A stretch of 64,000 nucleotides of DNA from an uncultured Gammaproteobacteria bacterium (GTDB taxonomy: Bacteria; Pseudomonadota; Gammaproteobacteria; Arenicellales; JAANXG01): NCBI GenBank assembly GCA_947259395.1, contig CAMYMN010000012.1, positions 245 to 64,244 of the forward strand. Reading direction: 5' to 3'. How positions within the stretch are numbered: position 1 is the first letter of the stretch; each line of letters opens with the position of its first letter. Below the pieces are notes generated by a model. It was given only the letters and a program-made list of their open reading frames with translations. It was not told the origin of the DNA and searched no databases. This document shows, one piece after another, positions 47,732-57,314 of the stretch. Made by a program: the position numbers and the translations under genes.

Positions 47732-48700
47732 TCACCCGCGCCGATCAAACCGCCATAACCCAGCATCGATCGCTAGCTTGCACGCGTTCGTCAATTCCTT
47801 GGACGTAGGACGGCGGTTGATGGCGTCGTATTTCGGGTTTTGTCCAACTTCGTACGCAGGGCGGTACTGATCCATGATGTTGACATAGGTGTCCTTAGAT
47901 AACTCGGTGGCCAACCATTGAAAAATTGCTTTGGCTTCGTCGAGTTGATCGGGCATCACCAGATAGCGGACCAGCAATCCACGCCGTGCCAGGCCATCGC
48001 GCCCGAATCGCAACGGGCCGACCTGCCGATGCATCTCACAGATTGCCGCGCGGGCACGTTCTGGATAATCCTTGGCCTTGGCGTACGCGCGCGCGCTCTC
48101 CCGGCGCCAGAATTTGAAATCCGGCATGTAGATATCCACCAGGCCGTCCAATAAATGCAGTGACGCGATGGCGTCATAGGCACTGGTGTTATAGACGATG
48201 GGCAGGCGTAGTCCTCTCGGCACTGCCTCGGCAATGGCTTCCGCCACCTGCGGGGCAACATGCTCTGGGGTCACGAAATTGATGTTGTGACATCCGCGAT
48301 TTTGCAACTCGAGCATGTAGTCGGCAAGCTGATCGGCGCGGCATACTTGACCTCGATTGCGTTGAGAAATATCCCAGTTCTGGCAGAACACGCAGCGCAG
48401 ATTGCACAAGCCGAAAAAGATCGTGCCCGAACCGTTCCACCCACGCAGACAGTCTTCCTCACCGAAATGCGGGAATACACTGGAAACGACGGCATGACGG
48501 CCGGTATGACAGACACGCATCTCATTCCGCAAGCGGTTTACGTGGCAGTTTCGGGGACAAGCACAGCAATCTTCCAACTCGGCCAACGCTGACTCTACCC
48601 GCGATCGTAGTTCTTCTCTATCCATGTGCGAGTAGGCTGGTTTGAATTTTTCAATTACAAACCGCGGATCCGGAGTGGGCGGCGCTCGCAGTGCAAACAT
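47732..48700 (-). CDS. Radical SAM protein, PflX-like
   Basis: CACPRNC, HFGEE, GSGTIFF, CNLRCVFCQN (CX3CX2C), NINFVTP, DIYMPDFK. Confidence 0.9.
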   Translation of the reverse strand: MFALRAPPTPDPRFVIEKFKPAYSHMDREELRSRVESALAELEDCCACPRNCHVNRLRNEMRVCHTGRHAVVSSVFPHFGEEDCLRGWNGSGTIFFGLCNLRCVFCQNWDISQRNRGQVCRADQLADYMLELQNRGCHNINFVTPEHVAPQVAEAIAEAVPRGLRLPIVYNTSAYDAIASLHLLDGLVDIYMPDFKFWRRESARAYAKAKDYPERARAAICEMHRQVGPLRFGRDGLARRGLLVRYLVMPDQLDEAKAIFQWLATELSKDTYVNIMDQYRPAYEVGQNPKYDAINRRPTSKELTNACKLAIDAGLWRFDRRG

Positions 48701-48835
48701 AGCAACTATCTATTCAGCACGGTCTACAAGTATTAATGCACCGCGTCTAAAGTGCAATCGAAATCGAAACACACGTAGCCAATTTTACGTCGTTCACGTT
48801 AGGCTCCATCTATATTGTCGTCGAGCGTATGGTGT

Positions 48836-49402
48836 TCAGGGACGATGGCGGCTTTCGCCTAGTGTGATCCCGCTGGCAATGAGATGAGCCACGCGAATCG
48901 GCTCGGGCAACAAGCCATGAACGGAGAAACGCGCTAGTATGTTTTCGACATCGCGCAGCCCGATACCAATCCGTTGCACATACACACTCGCTACCGATTC
49001 CATCGGTCCCAACCGCTCGATAAGCTGCCATTTTCGTCTTCCCCCAGGCACCTTGTCCAGCAACGCCCGTCTTATAGCGGTGTAGTTCGGCCGTTTGCGC
49101 GCCACCGCGATGACCGGCACTGCCAATTCAGAGTGAACACGGTTCAGATCAACCACGTTGAATCCGGCTACTGCCACACCCTGCAACAACACTGCATGTA
49201 AGTGGCGAACGAAGCGTGACCGTTGAATTAAACCAACAATCGTGTCTGTGGCGTTGCGTCCGTCGCGCCTTACCTTACCCGAAAGCACCCCCTCTAAACG
49301 CAGATTGGCAAACACGGCGCCCACCAACAGCACATCGCCGCGATGTTGACGATCAAATGCGCCATCGTCAAAGCCGATGACGTGAGACCAACGTTTTCCC
49401 AT
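48836..49402 (-). CDS. DUF99 (endonuclease V-like) protein
   Basis: VIGFDDG, DGRNAT, AGFNVVD, LPEPIRVAHLIA; start ATG 49402. Confidence 0.85.
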   Translation of the reverse strand: MGKRWSHVIGFDDGAFDRQHRGDVLLVGAVFANLRLEGVLSGKVRRDGRNATDTIVGLIQRSRFVRHLHAVLLQGVAVAGFNVVDLNRVHSELAVPVIAVARKRPNYTAIRRALLDKVPGGRRKWQLIERLGPMESVASVYVQRIGIGLRDVENILARFSVHGLLPEPIRVAHLIASGITLGESRHRP

Positions 49403-49418
49403 CGATAACGCCGCCGGG

Positions 49419-49889
49419 CTACCGCTGATAAGTTCCGATGAGCTCGGCTTGGTCGACGATGTGGTCAGCCATCGCCTGTTCAAGCTCCCGCTTGGTGGGG
49501 TTGTTCAGATCCGCCAGTCGCACGTCGAGTGCGTATAATTTATGAAAGTAGCGATGGCTACCGACCGGTGGGCAGGGACCGCCATAGCCGGTTCGTTGCC
49601 AGTCGTTGAGGCCTTCACCGGTGCCCGCGGGTAGACCGGCGCTGCCTACACCCTCTGGCAAATCCGTATCGTCCGGCGGCAGGTTGTAGAGCACCCAATG
49701 CACCCAAGTCATTTTCGGTGCCGCGGGATCCGGGGCATCGGGGTCATCCACAATCAACACCAGGCTCTTAGCCGTCTCCGGAACACCGCTCCAACTCAGC
49801 GGTGGCGAGACATCGTCTCCATCACAGGTATGTCGAGCCGGGATCTCCCCATTGGGTGCGAAGGCGCCCGAGGTAATAATTAGTGTCAT
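49419..49889 (-). CDS. YbhB/YbcL (PEBP/Raf-kinase-inhibitor-like) protein
   Basis: TCDGDDVSPPLSW, DDPDAP, WVHWV, GYGGPCPP, HRYFHKLYALD. Confidence 0.93.
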   Translation of the reverse strand: MTLIITSGAFAPNGEIPARHTCDGDDVSPPLSWSGVPETAKSLVLIVDDPDAPDPAAPKMTWVHWVLYNLPPDDTDLPEGVGSAGLPAGTGEGLNDWQRTGYGGPCPPVGSHRYFHKLYALDVRLADLNNPTKRELEQAMADHIVDQAELIGTYQR

Positions 49890-50179
49890 GGCATATATCT
49901 CCACTGGGCCGCTAGGGTCCAGATTACCGATTTCCACCGCAAGTTCAATCGATGCACCGCGGTACCAAGGCCCATCCCCAGGTTAAGTTACAGCCCACAA
50001 TTTAATGTGTATTTTGCCACGGCAGCAGCGGGCCGGTCATGACCCTGATTGGTAAGGTCGTCGCCGTCAATTCAGCAATACTTGCGGATTTCGACGGGTC
50101 CAATCTAGGCGTCCCGCTAGGTTTTGGTCACGACATGATCGGCCAAGTCAATCAGTGAATGATAAGCCAGACGTGAGTT

Positions 50180-51580
50180 TTACGCAGCTGCGTCCAACAC
50201 AGACTTAATCCGCTGGTAATCCCTGGCTATCAACTTTGACATCGCAATGGTACCCGCATTCACGAAACCTTCGTGATTGACGACCACCTGATCCGGATCG
50301 TATCGATAATTCACCATACAACCAAAGGACTGCCGAAGACCTCGTTCTGACACATCGGCAAACGTATTGATTCTTTCTATGGCAGCGCCGTTTGCAAGAT
50401 GAAATTCCGCCACCGAATCATGCAGGCTTCCGTCGTCACGACGCGCCCTGGTCAAATAAGCCAAGACAGTCAATCGAAGCGCCTGCCGCAGTTCTTCGTG
50501 ATTTCGATTGCGCTCATCGTTCGAGGCCGCCAATAACGCCTCGATTACATCATCCAAACCAGTGAGATTGCGCAACTCATCGGTGAAACCCCCAAGGACA
50601 TTGCGTACCAAATCGGTATCAAAACCAGTTCGCAAGCGTTCGGTCGTTATGTATTGCAAAGCACTGGAGAACCTGGGAATCGGAGAAAGCGTGGTGAATG
50701 TATCAAGGGATGGAAATTCTTGCTGCAATTCGGCTAACACTTGCTTAATCAAGAAATTGCCAAACGATATACCACGTAATCCACGTTGAGTATTATTTAT
50801 CGAATAAAAAATCGCAGTGTCTGCTTGTTGAGGCTCTGCAATAGGTAAATTCTGGTCAATTAATGGTGGGATAGTTGTTGCGATCCCCTTCGTTAGCGCC
50901 ACCTGCACGAAAATGAGTGGCTCATCCGGCAACGCTGGATGGAAAAAGGCAAAACAACGTCGATCCTCCGCTAACCGTCGTCGCAGATCGTCCCAACCCT
51001 TGATTTCATGCACTGATTCATACGCTATTAATTTCTCCAATATATGCGCGGGACTGGTCCATTCGATGCGTTCGAGCCTGAGAAACCCACGATTGAACCA
51101 CGAGCCGAACAGATGCTTCAGATCCGCATCTACAAGTCTTAGGTGGGGCCGCGTTCGTACCAGCCGAAGTAAATCAGAACGCATATTGACTAACGCTCTT
51201 GTTCCATACGGCGCCATATTCAATTGCCGAAACAGCTCTTGTCTGGGAGGCTCCACCGCTTCAATTAACTTGAGCAAATCATCATCATCCTCGGTTTCAA
51301 AATATCTCTCTGCAGTACCGCTAATTTCACTTAGTTTCGGTCCGAAGCCTGAATACAGTAGCTCGAAAAACTGTATACGCTCTGCATCGTCCGCGTCTGA
51401 ATACCGTTGTAAAATATCCCTCGCTATGGCGATTGATGATGCCTCGCCATGGCCATCGAGCAGTTTCTGACACCATCCCTCCATTGAATCGCCATCGCTT
51501 TTCCCTGCTTGCATGTGCAGCAGTTCACGACCGCGGTCGGCGACGGTCTCCATCAGACGGTCCAGCCACTGCGTTCTCAT
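50180..51580 (-). CDS. matA: Malonyl-CoA decarboxylase
   Basis: SWFNRGFL, YESVHEI, DRRCFAFFHP, FYSINN, GISFGNFLIK, TLSPIP, FHLANGA; start ATG 51580. Confidence 0.93.
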   Translation of the reverse strand: MRTQWLDRLMETVADRGRELLHMQAGKSDGDSMEGWCQKLLDGHGEASSIAIARDILQRYSDADDAERIQFFELLYSGFGPKLSEISGTAERYFETEDDDDLLKLIEAVEPPRQELFRQLNMAPYGTRALVNMRSDLLRLVRTRPHLRLVDADLKHLFGSWFNRGFLRLERIEWTSPAHILEKLIAYESVHEIKGWDDLRRRLAEDRRCFAFFHPALPDEPLIFVQVALTKGIATTIPPLIDQNLPIAEPQQADTAIFYSINNTQRGLRGISFGNFLIKQVLAELQQEFPSLDTFTTLSPIPRFSSALQYITTERLRTGFDTDLVRNVLGGFTDELRNLTGLDDVIEALLAASNDERNRNHEELRQALRLTVLAYLTRARRDDGSLHDSVAEFHLANGAAIERINTFADVSERGLRQSFGCMVNYRYDPDQVVVNHEGFVNAGTIAMSKLIARDYQRIKSVLDAAA

Positions 51581-52790
51581 TATTGTATTGTCCCCATCAG
51601 GTAGTCCGGTAACCACGTGGCGAGTTGAGGAAACACGCACAAAAGTACAATACCGATGACCATGCACAGCATAAATGGCAGCGCCCCCCATAAAACAACC
51701 GGTAACTTTACATCAGGAACAATACCATTGATGACGTACAAGTTTAGGCCTACAGGCGGAGTAATCAGGCCGATCTCCATATTGACCGTGAGTATGACGC
51801 CGAACCATATCGGGTCAAATCCGGCCTGCGTAATGATCGGCAGGAGCGTCGGCGTGGTCATCAAGATCACCGCCACCGGTGGCAAGAAGAACCCGGCGAC
51901 AAGCAGAAAGATATTGATGAACAACAACAGCATCCACCGGTTCACGTCAAGAGTAGCAATCCACTCGGCGATCCCTTGGGTGATGTACAGGGTCGACATC
52001 ATATAACTGAATAATGCATAATTGCAAAAAAAGCGCCGACACCCGCCGCCTCGGATGGCGTCGCAACACCACCGTACAAGGCCCACAACACGAGCACGAT
52101 GATAATCAGAAACGGGATGACCTTCGGCAGGATGACCAGTTTCTCCTTCAGTGAGAAACTCTTGTTCTCCTCGGTAAATCGATAGCCCTTGGCATAGGCG
52201 TATAACCACGCCCAGGCCATAAATAACAACGTCAGCATCATGCCAGGCAGCAAACCGGCGATGAACAAGCGGCCGATCGACGTCTCGGTCGAGATGCCAT
52301 AGACAATCATGGTGATACTGGGGGGGATCAGAATCCCGAGCGTGCCGCCGGCGGCAATGGCCCCGGTCGCAAGCCCTGCGGGGTACCCGCGCTTGCGCAG
52401 CTCGGGAATCCCCATTTTTCCGATGGCGGCACAGGTCGCCGGTGACGAGCCGGTCAATGCCGCGAACACACCACACGCGCCGATATTGGATATCAGCAAT
52501 CCTCCCGGGACCCGATACAGCCAACGGTCCAGTGCCTCATAGAGGTCTGCACCGGCCCGGGATGCGGCCACCGCGGCACCCATCAGCAAAAACATGGGAA
52601 TCGACAACAGCGCGAATTCATCCAGACCGCCAAATAGGGTCTCGGCTATCACGTTGAAACTGCTGGGGCCGTCGACAATCAGCAGAAAAACGATCGCCAC
52701 CGATCCCAGCGCGAAGGCCACGGGCATGCCGGTGATCAAGAATAGTATTAACGTCCCCGCCGCCAGTACGCCCCAACCCAGTTCGGACAT
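51580..52790 (-). pseudogene. dctM: TRAP transporter large permease (DctM), split by an internal deletion/frameshift near 52020
   Basis: The N-terminal frame (GGTLGILIPPS, ATPSEAA) stops at 51999. The C-terminal DctM sequence (ALFSYMM...NMEIGLITPPVGLNLYV) continues in another frame to 51580. Confidence 0.85.
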
Positions 52791-53302
52791 CAGCGCTCCT
52801 CCTCGATCCCAAATGGCGTATGGCGCCCGGACAACAAGTTAATGATATCCACCAGGTATTGCAGCGACAGGATGCCGAAACCAACGGGCATCGCCAGGTA
52901 GGGTATCCATAACCGCACTTCCCAAACGGTGTCCGACAACCAGTCACTGTCCCAGGACTCGAGCCACAGTTCATATCCCAACCAAGCGATCAGCCCGCAA
53001 AAAACAAAGGCGACAGAATACGCCAGCAGTGCCAGATAAAATCGGGGCCGGGAAGCAAGATACATCGGCAATAGCTCGACATTGACGTGACCCCGAGTCA
53101 ACAGCACGTAGGGGCTGCCGACGAACGTGGCCGCAATCAACAGGTAGGTCACGAACTCGGTTTGCCAGTAAGAGGATTCCTGCAACACGTAGCGCACCCA
53201 GACCATGTGGCACACGACGGCTACGGAAACCAGGATCATAAACGCTGCAATGACCCCGCAAACCTTGGACAGAAACTCCACACCCTTTGCAAATCGTTTC
53301 AT
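52790..53302 (-). CDS. dctQ: TRAP transporter small permease
   Basis: VRYV, WQTEF, GHVNVELL, 4 TM helices. Confidence 0.9.
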   Translation of the reverse strand: MKRFAKGVEFLSKVCGVIAAFMILVSVAVVCHMVWVRYVLQESSYWQTEFVTYLLIAATFVGSPYVLLTRGHVNVELLPMYLASRPRFYLALLAYSVAFVFCGLIAWLGYELWLESWDSDWLSDTVWEVRLWIPYLAMPVGFGILSLQYLVDIINLLSGRHTPFGIEEER

Positions 53303-53382
53303 CGTCCTAATCTGCACGCATGCCAGAAGCGGACTGCCGATACAACGATCGGCAGTCCGTTCACATCCCGTTAACGCACGTT

Positions 53383-54390
53383 TTAGTCGACCGACAAAGC
53401 CAGGTCGAGCAGTTCGCGGCCGCCCTTAACCTTATCTGCAAACGCCTTGTACGAGCTAGTGTTGGCAATATCACGCCACATCTTGGCTTGGTCGCCGGTC
53501 ATAGTAACCACCTTGACACCCGCCTTTTCAAAAACTTCAATCAGACGATCGTCGGTCTTCTTTGCTTCCACAAACGCATACTCCTCTGCCTTCTTAGCCG
53601 CCTTCATAAGCGTGTCCTGTTGTTTGGGATTCAGCTTGTTGAAGCTCTTGATCGACATCAATATCGGTTCGTACATCACCCACAAGGCATGGTCGCCCGG
53701 GGCGGTGAGACATTTGACCTGTTCGTACAGACGATAGGAAACGAAGCTTGCCGAGCTGGTGTTGGCGGCGTTCAACACGCCGGTCTGCAAGGCGGTATAG
53801 ATCTCCGAACTGGGCATCGAGGCAATGGACGCGCCAGCCGCCGCCAGCATCTGTTCAAATGCCTTGCCAGCGGCGCGAAATTGCTGACCCTTCACATCCT
53901 TCGGCTCCAAGATACAAGCCTCTTTCGACGCAAATCCACCGGCAAGCCAAGTATCCGCCAACACCATCACGCCAGCATCATTCATGATCTTCTTGATGCG
54001 TTGCATGAACTCCGAATTGTTCAGGCGTTTGGCGTGATCATGGTTTTTCACCAGTCCCGGCATCAAAGTCAGATTGAATTGAGGATGTTTGCCGCCCGCA
54101 TAGGCTAATGGAAACGCGCTGATATCCAGGTTACCCCGGGTCATCGCGGTCCATTGTTCCTTTGGTTTGAACAGGGACTTACCGGGAAACACCTTGATAT
54201 CCACCCCAACGTTGGCGCTGCTCATTTCCCTGGCGATGATCTGCACCATTTCGTCGCGAATATCGCCCTTGCCACCGGGCCACTGATGGGACGCCCGCAT
54301 TTGTACATCCGCCGCCACCACGGCCGCGGGCACCGCCAGGTATAACGCACCCAATGCCGCCGCCAGGGTCGAAACAATCAACTTTCTCAT
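53383..54390 (-). CDS. dctP: TRAP substrate-binding protein (likely malonate/dicarboxylate)
   Basis: Signal peptide, GQQFRAAG, MPSSEIYTALQTGV; upstream of dctQM and matA. Confidence 0.9.
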   Translation of the reverse strand: MRKLIVSTLAAALGALYLAVPAAVVAADVQMRASHQWPGGKGDIRDEMVQIIAREMSSANVGVDIKVFPGKSLFKPKEQWTAMTRGNLDISAFPLAYAGGKHPQFNLTLMPGLVKNHDHAKRLNNSEFMQRIKKIMNDAGVMVLADTWLAGGFASKEACILEPKDVKGQQFRAAGKAFEQMLAAAGASIASMPSSEIYTALQTGVLNAANTSSASFVSYRLYEQVKCLTAPGDHALWVMYEPILMSIKSFNKLNPKQQDTLMKAAKKAEEYAFVEAKKTDDRLIEVFEKAGVKVVTMTGDQAKMWRDIANTSSYKAFADKVKGGRELLDLALSVD

Positions 54391-54806
54391 CTCTCATCCT
54401 CCAGTTGGTTATGTGTTAGATACTGCGAACCGGTCATTTTAGTGCAGATAGGGCCATTTACCGAAATCTATTGAGCGCGATAAGCGGGGTTTTTGTCATT
54501 TTTCGCAATTTATAATACGGTGGTGACAGGAGCGTGCGTCGGCGCTCCACACAAGCCTGGTCGACATGGGCTTTGTGTCCCGAGGGAGCTCGACGATTGA
54601 TACGAGGCTAGTACGGATCTGCGGTGCGTCAGCTCCGTCGCGGAGTTCTCTCTATAGCAGCGATCTCGTCGGCCGAATTCAGTCCATGACACCGTTGTCC
54701 GTAATCGCTATTATCGCAACTGCGGCGTCCGTCGCAAAAATCATTGCTTTTTGCTTGGCGCGGTATCCAAATCTAACGACTGATTACGACCTGGAGAACG
54801 GCTGTT

Positions 54807-55793
54807 ATGTCCGCTGATGATCATCGCGTAATGTATGTCTTCCCCGGCCAGGGTTCTCAGTACAAAGGCATGGGAAGCGACCTCTATCGTGATTACTCGT
54901 CGGCCAGACATATATACGATCAAGCGAGCGAAGTACTGGGCTACGACATGGTCAGCGTTTCTTTTGCGGACCCTGACAAACAGCTTGATCTCACACGATA
55001 TACGCAACCGGCGCTACTCACCCATCAGATTGCGTGTCTCGAGGTCTACCGGGAAGTGGCAGAGAATAATCCCGTTCCTGTCGCGGCGGCAGGTCACAGC
55101 CTCGGGGAATATACGGCACTGGTCGTTGCCGAGGCCCTTAGCTTTGAAAATGCCCTGTATCTGGTACAAAAGCGCGGCGAACTGATGGGCGAATATGGAG
55201 AGGGCGGCATGCTTGCTATGGCACTCGACCTCGACTCCGCACGCCGCTTGGCTGACAAGCATTACTGTGGAATCGGCAGTCACAATCTGCCCGAACAAAC
55301 CGTGGTCGGTGGAACGGGCGAGGATATGGATGCGCTGGCTAAGGAGGCTGCGAAACTGTATCCCCGCCGGCGTTCGGTGCCATTGAAAACCGAAGGCGCA
55401 TTTCATACCTATTTCATGGTCACCGCCGCGCGGCGCTTCAGGCCGATATTGGAAACCACCGACATCGCACCGCCGAAGATGCGGGTATTGTCCAACTACA
55501 CGGGTGACTACCACGATGCCGACGCGGCGAGCATCAAATCACGATTGTTCTTTCAGCTGTTCAACACCGTAAATTGGGTTGGCTGCTTGCAGACAGCGAT
55601 CAACGATGGCATCAATGCCTTTGTCGAGTTCGGAGGCGGCATCGGCCGTTCCGATACGCCTGATGGGATGCGCCCGAACCTGGAAAGCATTTTAAAAAAG
55701 ACATGTCGCATCTCCAACCACGAGGCGTTGTACCTACCGGCGATAAACTGCAAGACCATAAACCAGGCCGCACGTTTTTTTGTTGACGCTTGA
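54807..55793 (+). CDS. fabD: Malonyl-CoA:ACP transacylase (FabD/MdcH-like)
   Basis: VFPGQGSQ, TQPALL, GHSLGEY, KRGELM, GAFH. Confidence 0.85.
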   Translation: MSADDHRVMYVFPGQGSQYKGMGSDLYRDYSSARHIYDQASEVLGYDMVSVSFADPDKQLDLTRYTQPALLTHQIACLEVYREVAENNPVPVAAAGHSLGEYTALVVAEALSFENALYLVQKRGELMGEYGEGGMLAMALDLDSARRLADKHYCGIGSHNLPEQTVVGGTGEDMDALAKEAAKLYPRRRSVPLKTEGAFHTYFMVTAARRFRPILETTDIAPPKMRVLSNYTGDYHDADAASIKSRLFFQLFNTVNWVGCLQTAINDGINAFVEFGGGIGRSDTPDGMRPNLESILKKTCRISNHEALYLPAINCKTINQAARFFVDA

Positions 55794-55854
55794 ATCGTCG
55801 GTCCGGGCATTACAAGATGATTGCCGGCGACGCCTCTTTAAGACATCAGTCTTA

Positions 55855-56259
55855 TCAAACCTGCTCCAACTCAATCAACGTGCCGCAAAAATCCTTGGGA
55901 TGTAAAAACAACACCGGTTTGTTGTGTGCACCAATCTTGGGGTTACCATCACCTAACACACGCGCCCCCGCCGCGACCAGATTGTCGCGAGCCATGATGA
56001 TATCCGCCACCTCGTAACAGACATGATGCATCCCCCCGTCGGGGTTCCGGCTCAAGAACTTTGCGATCGGCGAATCATCGCCCAGCGGTTGTAGCAACTC
56101 AATTTTCGTGTTTGAAAGTTCCACGAACACAGTGGTTACGCCGTGTTCGGGCATATTCACCGGTGCGGATACTTTCGCCCCCAGCGTATCGCGATAAATC
56201 GCACTACCGGCCGCCAAGTCCGGTACAACAATGGCAACGTGGTTCAATTTGCCGATCAT
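55855..56259 (-). CDS. mce: Methylmalonyl-CoA epimerase
   Basis: LNHVAIVV, KIELL, GGMHHVCYEV, FLHPKDFCGTLIELEQ. Confidence 0.95.
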   Translation of the reverse strand: MIGKLNHVAIVVPDLAAGSAIYRDTLGAKVSAPVNMPEHGVTTVFVELSNTKIELLQPLGDDSPIAKFLSRNPDGGMHHVCYEVADIIMARDNLVAAGARVLGDGNPKIGAHNKPVLFLHPKDFCGTLIELEQV

Positions 56260-56309
56260 CTGGGTCCCCCCGTATTCAAGTTATGGATGGGCATCGAGCA
56301 GCTATTGCG

Positions 56310-57314
56310 TCACTCCTTCGCCTTGGCGCTCAGAAATATATCGATCAATTGCTCCGCTGCCAAAGTGGGTGGAAGACGACCGTGGGTAACAGCATCTTCC
56401 AAGTCTCGAACGCGCGATCTAACCGCCGAATGTTCCTCGAGCTGGGCTCTCAGGCTTGCGGCGGTCTCGGCCCACATCCAGGCACGTGACTGTGCGGCAC
56501 GCCGAGCTGCGATTTCATCGCCCGCGGACAAGGCGTCGCGATAACGTAACACGTTCTGCCATACCTCGGCGATGCCGTCGCCCTCAAGGGCGGAACAGGG
56601 CACAACCGGCACCCGCCAACTCGGGGACCGCGGGATAAGAAATTGTAGCGCATTGGAGTAATCGGCGACTGAACGCTTCGCTGCAGCTGCCAACTCACCG
56701 TCCGCCTTGTTCACCAGGATTATGTCGGCTAATTCCAGATTACCGCGTTTGATTCCCTGCAGTTCATCGCCGCCACCAGGCAACAACATTAAGATAAAGG
56801 CGTCAGTCATGTCCGCCACTGCAGTCTCGGACTGACCGACACCGACCGTTTCGACGATAATCACATCGAAACCGGCCGCCTCGCAGATCAAGATCGACTC
56901 GCGGGTGCGCCGGGCGACTCCGCCGAGGGTCTGGCCGGCTGGAGAAGGCCGAATGAAGGCGCGGCGGCGGCAGGCAAGTCGCTGCATGCGCGTCTTGTCT
57001 CCCAATATCGAACCACCGCTCACGGTCGAAGACGGGTCTACCGCCAGTACCGCCACCTTGTGTCCCTGGTCGATCACGTGATTGCCGATCGCCTCGATGA
57101 AGGTGGATTTGCCCACCCCGGGTACGCCGGATATACCGAGACGGATCGAATCTCCGGTATACGGCATGAGCCGTTCCAGTAGTTTCGCTGCTGCCGAGCG
57201 GTGATCCACTCGAGTGGATTCGATCACGGTTATCGCGCGCGCGAGCGCCCGCCGATCACTGCTGCGAACGGCATTGGCAAGTACGTCGGGGTCCACGGAT
57301 TTGGTGTTATGCAA
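56310..57314 (-). CDS. meaB: Methylmalonyl-CoA mutase-associated GTPase MeaB
   Basis: GVPGVGKST, AVDPSS, GSILGDKTRM, ETVGVGQSE, NKAD; start approximate. Confidence 0.95.
   Translation of the reverse strand: MHNTKSVDPDVLANAVRSSDRRALARAITVIESTRVDHRSAAAKLLERLMPYTGDSIRLGISGVPGVGKSTFIEAIGNHVIDQGHKVAVLAVDPSSTVSGGSILGDKTRMQRLACRRRAFIRPSPAGQTLGGVARRTRESILICEAAGFDVIIVETVGVGQSETAVADMTDAFILMLLPGGGDELQGIKRGNLELADIILVNKADGELAAAAKRSVADYSNALQFLIPRSPSWRVPVVPCSALEGDGIAEVWQNVLRYRDALSAGDEIAARRAAQSRAWMWAETAASLRAQLEEHSAVRSRVRDLEDAVTHGRLPPTLAAEQLIDIFLSAKAKE

Noticed and set aside
54391-54806. MatR/GntR operator or sigma54 promoter in the dctP-fabD intergenic region
   Set aside because: No TTGTATACAA-like palindrome; TGGCGC is not followed by a correctly spaced TTGC.
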